A stretch of 64,000 bases of DNA from Takakia lepidozioides (Eukaryota; Plantae; Bryophyta), in contig CM060732.1 of NCBI GenBank assembly GCA_030704615.1, positions 34,906,001 to 34,970,000 of the forward strand. Reading direction: 5' to 3'. This document shows positions 51,257 through 62,023 of this stretch, piece by piece; the first letter of the stretch is position 1, and each line of letters begins with the position of its first letter. The notes under the pieces were generated by a model, which ran no database searches, was not told the origin of the DNA, and saw only the letters and a program-made list of their open reading frames with translations. The translations under genes and the position numbers were made by a program.

Positions 51257-51599
51257 CCAAGAGAGGGGGCAACAAAGAAAAACAGAGAATGGGGGGGGGG
51301 GGGGGAGTGATTGAGCAGCAGCAGCTGCTCGGTCACTCCCCCCCCTCCCCCACCTTCTTTTCTTTTCTTTTCTTTGTTGCCCCCTGATGTCTCCCTCACA
51401 CTCCCTCTCTCTGTCTCTCTCTTCAGCTCGTTAGGTCGCGCCTCTGTGCGGTGTTCCTACCACACAGGGGAGAGAGACATCAGCCCGTACTTAGGGCAAG
51501 AAAGAAAGACAGAAAGTGAGGGAGGAGGCGGTGCTTACCTTGGGTGTTGGAGCGGCGTTGGGGCAAACTCCTTGGGGCCTTGCGACCACCTCGGGCTCA

Positions 51600-53581
51600 G
51601 TAGCAGCTGCGTTTCTCCTCCACCCTAAACCCCACTCTCTGAACTACCTCTCGGGCCAAAGAACAAACGAAAACGGGAGGGGAAAGAGATGCTTGAAGCA
51701 CTTAGGGAAAAAAAAAAAGGGCGCGGCGCCCGGCCGTCGCATGCCTGTGCCCGCCCTTTTTTGAAATGTCAAAATAAAGATTGCGACGGCTGGCCGTCGT
51801 TTCTTGCGACCCCCGGCCCCATAAATAAAAAAACACGTCGCCCCCCGCGACGGCTGTCCGTCGCGGGGTGCGACCCCCAGTAAAAAAAAAAAAAAAACAA
51901 ACTCGTCGTCCAATGCGACGCTAGGGTGTCGTAAGAGGCGACGGCCGGCCTTTCTGGATTTAGGGTTTAGGGCCTTTTGGGTTTCTTAGTTTTTATTTAT
52001 TTTTTCATATGGTACTGGGTTAGGGTTTCGAACATTGTGGTTTTATTGCAAGTACGTATTGCGGAGACTAGACTGTTCATTTCATCTTTGGTTTGATTTG
52101 AAGTCTGAACTGTCGATATTGATCTGCTGGTGTGTTGGCATGCAGTTTAAGAAAGGATACAAGGTCTATTTGCGCAGCTTTAAGAAAGCAGGTCTGGTTG
52201 TTGGTTAGGGCAAGATTGTTGGGATTTATGGCAAAGTGGGCTCGTTGCCAAATGGGTAACTATAGTGTTCAAGTTGAAAATGCTATTGAGCCAACGCACC
52301 TTATACCTTCTTGCAACACCGAGGCTTCTGATAGTGAGGTCACTTTGGGTGACATGGTAGGCACCACCGTTCTGTGGAACTACAAGTTCCTGAATTCATT
52401 CACGAAATGATTCCGATGTTCTCTTCACATGTCCACGATAGTGCTGGACCTAGCTGAAAAGCAAATTTTCCTTACTCAATGACTTAACTTGGGCAGTGAT
52501 CCATGGATATGGCAACATGGGCCCTCATGCTCGATGTGGCCAAAACTTGTTTTGCGAAACACTCTTGATATAAGCCAGTTTTGAGCCATCTAAATGTTCT
52601 GCGTTCCTGCCATGTATTTGTATTCTATGTTTTGTTGTATTTGTAAGATATTTTCAATGCAGTGCAGCGAATCAAAAAATTTAAATACAAAACCCACTAA
52701 TTCACATATATATACATATAAAATAAATAAATAAAATAACAGAATCCACAAAAACAAAAACAAACAAATATTAAACAAAAAGCCTCCTTAATTTCAAAAT
52801 ATATTGAATATATAGTTTTAATATTTATGTATACACCCCAGAGTGAAATATATTTATTAAAATATGTCCTCTTTTACTGCTTCACAGTAAAATACTACAT
52901 TATACACAATCAAGCGAACTCACTATCACTGTCTCACAGTCGAACCGTATACTAAAAATCATGGCACACAATCATTATGTTCCACTGATACAGTCATAGT
53001 ATAGTAGAAGATATATACCATGCTACTCGACAGTACTTCACTTTACTATATACAATAGCCTTCCACGCAAAATAGTAATATTTTTTGTAGTTTGAGTAGA
53101 TTACAAATACTTAAATTCAAACATGTCATCCCGTACTTTACTACACGTCATACTTCAGTTAAACCACTTTACTTGATGTCCTCACACTGAGGTTAAGCCA
53201 CTTTACTACACGTCATACATCCACGTCATACTTCAGTTAAACTACGTTACTACACGTCATTCATCCACGTCATACGACTGTAGAACCACTTCACTACACG
53301 TCATGCATCCACCTTATAATTCAGTTAAACCACTTTACTACACGTCATAGCCACGTCAGAGCCACGTCGCATCCACGTCATACTGTGCTGCCTACACGTC
53401 GCCCCTAGGTTTTACTGTCACATTTCACTGTCAGAACCTGGCATCTGCATTCGACTGCTTGACTGAAACGACTTGACCTTTGTCACGCATGTTTGACTAT
53501 GGAGGCTGGGAGTAAAATTGTCGCAAACGACTCAAAAATGAGTCAAATACAGAGTCGAAAAGCCCAGCTTGTATTGTAGTG
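51600..53581. mobile_element. right arm of CACTA element D (subterminal repeats, TNP1-like fragment, terminus ...TGTAGTG at 53581)
   Basis: gcgacg and ccacgtca repeat arrays. 52190-52410 encodes GNYSVQVENAIEP...TLGDMVGTTVLW (TNP1/En-Spm-like C-terminus). The terminus cuts the Harbinger ORF. Confidence 0.7.
53130..53400 (+). repeat. tandem subterminal repeats (ccactttactacacgtcata.atccacgtcatacttcagttaaa-like)
   Basis: About 5-6 imperfect units visible. Confidence 0.8.
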
Positions 53582-56407
53582 ATGGTTGAGCACGGTCTTG
53601 GCTCTAGAGAGTGCCGGAGCATTGGCAGCTCTTTTGTAGCTAGGTATCAGCCAAGGAAGGCAGGGATATATGGCATCCCCGAGAAGGATAGGTGGGATAG
53701 TCTGGCCATTGTCCAAAATAACGCTTTCTCCCCGCAATATAGTTCCTTGAGAAGCCGGATAGAAGAGTGGGGAGTTGCGCAACACTCTCGAGTCATTCAT
53801 ACTTCCCGGCTCCCCAACATAAATATCTACAAATTTTGCATCAGGATTGACAACACCCTGCAACACCATTGAGTAGTATCCAAGTCTATTGCGATAGTCG
53901 AGTTTGATATTGTTTGCAGGGGCTTGAATCCTGATTTGCGTACAATCGATTACACCCACTACATTTGGAATTCCAGATCTACGTTCATTTTCAAGCATGG
54001 ATGTCTTTAGGGTATCACCAGCCTCCCATCAAAGGTGGTGACCTAACACAAACACAATAGCAGGTACAACTTGACATAAGAGCTCATATAGTGTCGTTGC
54101 ACCAATTCCAAATGTTTCTGTCATTTCAGCGGTAGTTGCTGCCCATATCAATTTGTACAGTACAGCCCCGACCCGCATGGGAACAGATAAGGCTTTGCGA
54201 TAGTTAGTGTCTTGCATAGAAATGCAAGGAGCAAGAACATTGCAAAGCCAGTTGAAGGTCCCTGAACTCATTTTCATGATCATGAGCCATCGAGCATCAT
54301 CATACTCCAAGAGAAATTCCTGAAACCATGCTCGTGACCTATGCTTCACCCACATCCCAGATGAAATACAACCTCTAGGCTTGCAAAACTTGATAATAAA
54401 AAGAGTGTCAAGCGCTGACGCCATTGCCGGATGCATTGGTCAAGGCTATCATCTTCGTCCACATCCATGCCATGGACCTGGGAAAGTGACACATCCACAT
54501 GCAAACTTGGTGTCTTGGACCCTAACCCAAAGAGCTCTGGAAACTGATCCATTATGTATTGCATGAGGACGAGAATCTCAGCAAATGCTAAGAAGACATC
54601 CTTGTCCATCATGGGTTCCATCCTGTGAGTTAGCCCCCCACCTGTTGCTTGAAAAATAAAATATGACAACCTTCTCGTCCCAGAACAACGGTTGCTCTCC
54701 ACATTCCTGTTTCCCAACACAAAGCCAGTACCAACCCCATTTATGTCTTCTAGTAAAAGAAGCCTGAGACGGTGATTGACCCTTCACTCAGAGCTGCTTG
54801 ATGGTAAATGCCATCAAATCTAAACTATTAGACATGGATAGAGAAGTGGCTCATGCTGGACTAATTAACCAACCCTCATATCCCAACTTATCCAGAACAG
54901 TTGGGGTAAGACTGGAATCAGCGTGCTCCAATTGATTTCAAGAGGCAATGATCCAAAGATGTAAGGTACACCAAGATCATTGACTCTGATTCTTGAAGCA
55001 AGATAGACCTATCAAACAGGCCAAGCCACGCCAGAGAAGGGAAGAATTGAACTGGGCCAAAGCCCAGCTCAGATCTTCACAGTAGTTAGATGTACAACTG
55101 GGATTGAAGAACTACCTGAAGTGCTCCCCCACTAAGCTCATACTAAGAGTAGCTACTTTTTTTTGTACGTAAACCCAGCTTGAAAAAAGGGAATCCATTG
55201 TCCGGCATGTGGAAGTAATGAAGCTCGAGACCAAGCCAAAACTATGACAATCCTTAGGTTTGAGTTCTGAAGGGAATACCTACATCAAATTGTTGCCATG
55301 AATTTAGAGCTCACTAAAGCAAATCTGGAGGGGAGAACCGGCTGCGTACATCACTCCCACAATGGAAACTAATCTTCCCAACTGTAGTGGCACCCAATCT
55401 GCTCACTTCCCTTCCCCGTCGACTATCTAGTATTTGTAATCCATCCAAACCAACCATCAGGTCTGAAAATGCAAGCATGCACACAAGGAAAAATGGCATG
55501 TGTAATGTGTCATCTCTCTTTTTGTCTACCTCCTCTTGTCACCACCAGGCTACAGAAAACGTCATCTGATGAGTACATCATCATGCGGGACCTCCTATGG
55601 ACATAAAAAATATCTTCCTTTTCGTCTTTCAAGTGCGTGCACTCCATTCCTCAGACATAACTAGTCTTTATGTCCATCCTTGAAACTAAATATGTTTCAT
55701 TTCTGTTATTCTAGGAAACAATCTGTCTCCATGTTGCAGTGAAGGTTGGGTGCATCTAATCAGATTCACAACAATCACTTGAAGAACCAAGACTATGCCC
55801 TTCCTGGACCTCTTCAGCTTTCTGGGCTCCCTCTGTGGGGCCGGAATCCGCGCGAGCAGTCGGGGCATCACATAGACCTTTGCACCAGACCAGACGTACC
55901 TTCACAGACCCTGTGAATACAATGCAGTGTCTGAGTTGCAGCGATGTTGTGCCTATGGCATTGGCTCGAAGCTACGTGCATCCCGCAGCGCCTGCACCAG
56001 TGGAGAACATGGTTTCAAGCGATGAAGTGGCCTCTGTCACCCTTCCAGCCCAAGTGGCTCCTCAGCTGGAGCTACCAAAACCTGATCCAGTAGTGCAGCA
56101 AAGCCTCCAGTAATGTGCTCTTGGCCCGAATGTGCTCCTGTCTCGAATGTGCTCCTGTCTCGTCCTGTTGTCCTCGTTGCTCCTTTGGCTATGGCATAAA
56201 GGTGACAAGATGGCGAGGGAAAATGGCGAGAGGAAGTCGGGCAGGGGCAGGCGAATGCGTGTTTTAAATCAACATTATGCACTAAAACATGTTAAGCTAA
56301 AACTTTGGTGCGGCAGGGATAGTGCTAGTTGGAGTAGCGGCTACGAAAACGGGCCTGCTAAGCCATTAGCAAGTATTCTACGCTAGCAGCCCGGTGCGGC
56401 GGGGGCC
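53582..56407 (-). mobile_element. PIF/Harbinger element: DDE_Tnp_4-type transposase pseudogene (53582-54620), right terminus ...GGGGGCC|TTA
   Basis: MKMSSGTFNWLC, LSVPMRVGAVLYKL, GVIDCTQIRI, YRNRLGYYSMVLQG, PGSMNDSRVLRNS, LLGDAIYP; GGGGCC end followed by TTA. Confidence 0.85.
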
Positions 56408-57406
56408 TTATTAATAAAAAATGGAATATTATTAGGCATATTCGTTTTTATTATTTAGGCACCTCAACTAGGTAATTTCCAAACATTAGGCATGTATTAC
56501 AGTCGACCCTGGATAAATGTTACCTTCTTTTATGTTATGTCACCCTTAATGTCATGAAATCTTTGCTCTGTAAAAATTTACACTTGAAAATGGCATGACA
56601 AGCATTATTTGATATGTGTTATGAAAATAGGCTCTCCTCTTTGTTGGCACACCTCCATAGCTGTTAGATATTATGCTGAGCCTTAATATAGTTGGTGATC
56701 CTCACCTCAACATTTTCTCAGATTCAGAAGATTCATATGAATAGGTGATGATCTTATGAGGATGTAGTTGCATCAACGCAGGACCTTTTGGAAGTTGTGT
56801 GGACATAAAATTTTAAATTGTAGCATATTTGGACATTTTGGTATTTTTCACAATTTTCAAGCAATTAGGCACTTCTCAGGAATTTTTTCCAAGTTTTAAC
56901 CACATTTTCCAGAAAATGTTCAAAATTTAATTAGGCGCTTGATTTTGAATTAATTATTGCCTAACAAAGCTAGATAAGTACCGTGTGCCCCATTTATAGC
57001 AAACCAAGACCTTAACAAATAACCCAAACCCTCTTCTCATTCTGTCTTCTCAATTTACTGGTCATTACAAGAGATCACTACTTTCAATCCATCATTTTCT
57101 GCCATGCAGACTACAAGTCACTATCTACATCACCTCCCTAAGTCACACTACTTTGCATGTTACCCAGCAGTTAAATTGTAGGACCACGTTTATAGTCAAC
57201 AGTTGGCTTGAAAATATGTACAGGTATTAAAGCGATAACCTCTAGCAGGCAGCCAAATGCAAAATTCCATAACGCCTCAATTTCCAACCAATCCCAGAAC
57301 TGAAGTGACTGATATTGTACGCAAATTAGTGAAACTAACGTAACATTGTGATAGTAAAATCTTGCCTAAGAGCCAACATAGGATTTCATCATGCTACATG
57401 TTACAA

Positions 57407-58157
57407 GGGTAGTTGCAGGCTACAATGGACCAAAAACTGCGTAACATGGCAGTTTCTGCAGTGACCTCCATTCATGGTACCTTTTATAGTAAAATCACAA
57501 CTCGATATTTCATACAAGTTTATACGGTCTAAGATTTGTAACTACAGTAGAGACATACTCCAATTTTTTAATTGTGAAAGGGATCATCTATGAAAGAGTC
57601 ATGGACTCTTAAAGTTGAATCTTATGGACTGCAGTGTTACACATGAAAAACCATATGGACTAAAAAAAACATCATATACACCTAAGTAATAGCAAAAAGG
57701 AAAACCCTTTAGAGGTGCCATTTTTGAAAACTACCCAAATGCACTTTTATATGGATTAAAAACATCAAGGAATGAGAGGTATGGATTAATTTATACTAAA
57801 CATTGGGCCAACCTGGGCCTATTTTTCCTAATGTACATCATCCTCATTTAGAGGCTTTTGGGATATCATTATTACTAAAAAGATGTAAAAACCCATAATC
57901 TAGAGGTGCCAAGTGATATATGGAAAAAATTAATAAAAAGTGGTTTTTTATTTTATTTTTCAGAATTAAATACTAAATTTCTAATAAAACAATTATAGCC
58001 TATTTGGGGTGGGATCTTTTACTGAAAGTGTTAAATATATCATATCTATCATCTAAAATTAAATATATGAATAAATTCCCTCAATTTGAGGTACCTATAT
58101 AAACTTTCATAGAGGACAAATCTGCCTCTTTTGGTCCACCGTACCCTGCAACTGCCC
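57407..58157. mobile_element. AT-rich MITE (Tourist/Harbinger-like TIR GGG(C/T)AGTTGCAGG...TGGACCAAAA)
   Basis: Imperfect ~30-bp TIRs; same family as 62613-63348. Confidence 0.7.
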
Positions 58158-58274
58158 ACCATCAACACCTTGGCACCACTCTGCGTCTTGAGTGGAGAGG
58201 AGGAGGCTAAAACAGAACACCCCACTAGAAGGAACAGAAGGAGAATTCCCTTGAGAGTAATCTACTCATCATAA

Positions 58275-58487
58275 AATACCAAAGGGACATAACCCAGGAG
58301 ACATAATCACGCTCCAAACTCTAGAAAACTTCATGAATTGAATGAAAGGATACCAAGGGGGGGGGGACAACCCGGAAGACATAATCAACCCCTCCAGACT
58401 CTATAAAACTTCATGTCTTGAATGAAAGGATACCAAGGGGGGGAGAACAACCCGGAAGACATAATCAACCCCTCCAGACTTTAGAAA
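58275..58487 (+). repeat. ~80-bp tandem repeat (~2.5 copies)
   Basis: ataccaagggg...acaacccggaagacataatcaacccctccagactcta..aaacttcatg..ttgaatgaaagg units. Confidence 0.85.
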
Positions 58488-58763
58488 AATAGAGACGAAC
58501 AAGCACCTCGCCCCATAGCGCTTGCAAGCTTATCGAAGGCATGGCGATGCTGCACACTGCAGTCTTCCTGAAGCAGACAACTGGGGTACCTCATCTGCTA
58601 TAACACGTTGCAATGTGCAACAAGCATGTATCTCCTCTACTACTTCCGTCCAATACCTACGGCGAGATGAGGCTCATTCGTTCCTTTATACATCTCTCTT
58701 TCTTCTTTTCTTGTTCGTTTCCTTTCTGATTTTTCCTTGCTACTGGAGAAAAAAAAAAAAAAA

Positions 58764-59250
58764 CGTCGGCCAAGGCCGGCGTAACTAAGAGCCACTACGC
58801 TTTTGCGGCTACTGCCCCCCTCTGGGGGTGGGCCCTGTAAAAAAACGCGGGTATCTAGGGGACACCAGTACCAGGGGATGGAGGTATCATGGGTACTCAA
58901 GGTACCCGGGGTACCTAAGGAGTGCAGAGGAGTCTAGGGTACCGGGGGGGGGGGGGGGGGGTCGAGTTGCCTCTTGTTCGTAATGATAGTTGTGAGAGAA
59001 CGCAAGGCCGTGAGGTGTATTGCTTTAAAGCACTTGTGGATGGGAGATTTCGGGATATGGAAGTTATCGTGCAATGCTGCGATGCTAGCATTGTGGATAC
59101 ATCCTCGAGTGCCGGTTGTGATAACGGAGAGTGGGCCAGTGCTCCAGCCCCTGCAGCAGATAGCAAGAATAAGTGGTGCATACTTTTGTTGTTTTTCTAG
59201 GATGGAGGAGGTGGGATAGCGGTCGTGGTAGTATATGAATTCGAGAGAGA
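58764..59250 (-). mobile_element. 5'-truncated second copy of the RLE-bearing non-LTR element (RLE C-terminus + 3' UTR)
   Basis: LEFIYYHDRYPTSSILEKQQKYAPLILAI...GTRG parallels 59564-59775; same conserved 3' terminal sequence. Confidence 0.8.
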
Positions 59251-59257
59251 TAGAAGA

Positions 59258-61088
59258 CTTCGGCCGAAGCCGGCTTAACTAAGAGCCACTTCGCCATGCG
59301 GCTACTGCCTATTTTCAGGGGTGGGCCCTATGAGATGAACGGTACTGTCCAAGGACACCTAGAGACCTGCGAGGGGAATGCAAACGTGGAGTAAGAAGGG
59401 TACCACGTGGTACCCACGGGGACCCATGGAGAACCCCATGGGTACCCCGAGACGCCCCGGGTACATAGGAAGCAAGACTAGGGGGGTTGGATTCAAGCTG
59501 TCGTTTGCTGGTATTGATAGCAGTAAGAGAACAGAGCGCTGTGAAGTTATGGCTTTAAAGCATTTATGGATAGAAAGTGATGGGAAGTTTAAAGTTGTTT
59601 TGGAGTGCGGAGATGCTAGCATTATAGATGCCCCCTCTGGTGTTGACAATGATGACAGTAAGTGGGCTTGTGGCCCACCCCCGCCGGCGGATAGCAAGGA
59701 TAAGTGAGGCATATTTTTGGCGTTTCTCAAGGGTGGAGGAGCTGGGGAAGTGGTCATGGCAGTAAGTAAACTCTATGACGTGTATGGTGAGGGCTTGGGA
59801 TGGGATAGAGGGTGGTAGAGCGTTAACAGGAAGTCCCTGCACTAGTAGGATATCCGGGCATAGTCTGGCAGGGCATGTGCAGGATGTGAGAGGCCGGCTA
59901 TGTGAATTCGATAAAGTAGATGGTAATATGCGGGGATGGGGAGGTGGGCGGAAGGGTATTGATGGGTAGGCCATGTACGAGCAGGATGTCATGGCATAGT
60001 CTGGCAGGGCAGGAACAAGGGGGGCGTCGACAAGTGCATGGGAGTAACCATTGTGGAACAGTATGGTCAAGGGGCTTGCCTTGCTAGGTGCCTGTATGTA
60101 TGAGTGAGAACCAGTGGGTTTCGGAGCGTTGCATAAGGAGTTTGTGGATGTGCCAGACTGCATGGTTATGACGGGTGATGTGTAGGCTATAGATGACCGG
60201 GTGCGTACATTGGCTGAGGACCGGAGATGCGGCCATGTGTCCCTAACCTGATGGGTGTGTAAACATAGAGGACAGTATGGTGAGGGGAATAGACGTGGCC
60301 AGAAGACGTGTTTACGCTGGTGGCCCATATATTGATGCGTATCAGAATTTAAGTGTTTGTCTAATTTGTGCATTTGTCGCAACTTTGGAATGCCATAAAT
60401 AGTTTGACAATTTATGATGTAGTATGGTGGATTGTGTCCATTTTATAATGTGGACTTTGGTGTGGCATAGATGTCACAGCTTGTAGATTGGCTTCCTTAG
60501 TGATGACGGTTATGAGGTTACGTACGGGTTTGGGAACAGGGGGGGTTGGGATAGGGTGTACACGCCAGAATGGATGGGTATGCGCAATATGAATATGATC
60601 ATTGGTAGGGTCAACAAAAGGCTGGAGAGCGCTAGTTTGTGCAAGAAGGTCAGCCTCTTTGTTACCAGCAATTCCGGTGTGTGAGGGGACTTTTAGAAAG
60701 TGGATGGGTTGGCCCAAGGATATTGCTAGTCTGGCTATGGCTGAAATAAGGTTGCGATCTAGGTGATGGTGATGTGAGGTGGGGCAAGAAAGATGATGAT
60801 TACGGATAAGAAAAAGCGATGTAAGACTGTCCGTAAATATATAGTGTCGAGGGGAGAATGAAGATAATTGGAAGAGAGCTTCATAGCTGGCCATGAGCTC
60901 AGCCCAGAGTATGGTGGCAGGCCCGGGGAGTCTGGAGGCCATGCCTTGGTTTGTGGCAGCGTGATACACGCCGTACCCGGCGTTGGCTCTTGTGAGGGAG
61001 CCATCAGTATAGTGTGAGTGGGTCCCAGGGTATTTCATGGGCAAATGTTGGTGGTATGGCGGGGGAGTGTCCAGTGCGGGTAGAGGGG
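59258..61088 (-). mobile_element. non-LTR retrotransposon with RNase H + CCHC finger + restriction-like endonuclease (Dualen/RandI-like), cut at 61089
   Basis: RNase HI: YTDGS, AELMA, IFTDSL, KVPSHTGIAGNKEAD. CPLC...H.., then PDILLV..IEFTYCHD...EKRQKY..L of the RLE. Confidence 0.8.
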
Positions 61089-62023
61089 CACTACTACATT
61101 TTGGGGGGGGGGGGGGGGGGGGGGGGTTTAGCGATGCCTCAGCGACCTCCAAACGCCACGCCTAGCGATGGAAATACACTACAGCGCCCGGGGCGCGCCG
61201 GGGACAAATTGCGACGTCGGGAATTCGCCGCCACGTCGCTCCCGGAACGTCGCAGATTAGCGACCTAAGGGAATTGCTAATCCCCCGGGTCCACCTAGCC
61301 ACGACCAGTGACAGCGGAAAGACGCCGCCCCTCCGGGGCGTTGCAATATGGCGACTCCCAGGAGTCGCAACAAAGGGCAAGGAGGGGGGTCAATCCCTCC
61401 CCCTACGTCATGGGGTAGTCGCAAGGACGTCGCCCATTCCCAGAAATAGCCACGCGTTGGCGTCGCCGGCACGTCGCAGCCGAGCGACGCCGGGAATTGC
61501 CATGACGTCGCCGCCATTTGGGGGCGTTGCTAGACCCCCATGGGTAGGGAGTTCTGTAGCGACGCCCGGGAATCGCACGGACGTCGCAGCCCCCGGGGGC
61601 TGTCGCTAGCTCCATGGGAGGGCACGTTCGTGTGCGACTCCCTGGAGTCGCAACAACGTCGCAGCCCCTGCGTGGCGTCGCTACCTCCATGTTGGCATGG
61701 TTCTGTTGCGACGGCTGGGAATCGCAACAGCGTCGCTGGTCACACCGGCCGTCGCGCCGGCGTCGCTGGTGGGAGGGTAGCCAGCTGGTATTTGGGGTGG
61801 GTTTTGGGGTTTTTTTTCCGTTTGGGGGGGGGGGGGGGGGGGGGGGGTTTCTTGGGGATTGGGGTGTGCCTCGTGCTTGCATGAAATGCATGCATTCTAA
61901 TCTATAGGTTAGATTAGATTCCACATGTCCATTAAGGTTAGAATGAGGATCGAAATGGCAACTGAAGAAATATATACATAAAGCGAGTACTATCTTTACA
62001 TGTCTCTAACTGGGAATCATCCC

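Noticed and set aside
55690-56290. Harbinger Myb/SANT-like second ORF
   Set aside because: The position fits but no Myb-like tryptophan pattern is recognisable.
56498-56530. TA-CAGTCGACCCT pogo/Tc1-like terminus
   Set aside because: No matching second TIR found.
58764-59345. Self-cleaving ribozyme at the retroelement end
   Set aside because: No hammerhead (CUGANGA/GAAA), HDV or twister core could be fitted by eye; kept only as a structured 3' end.
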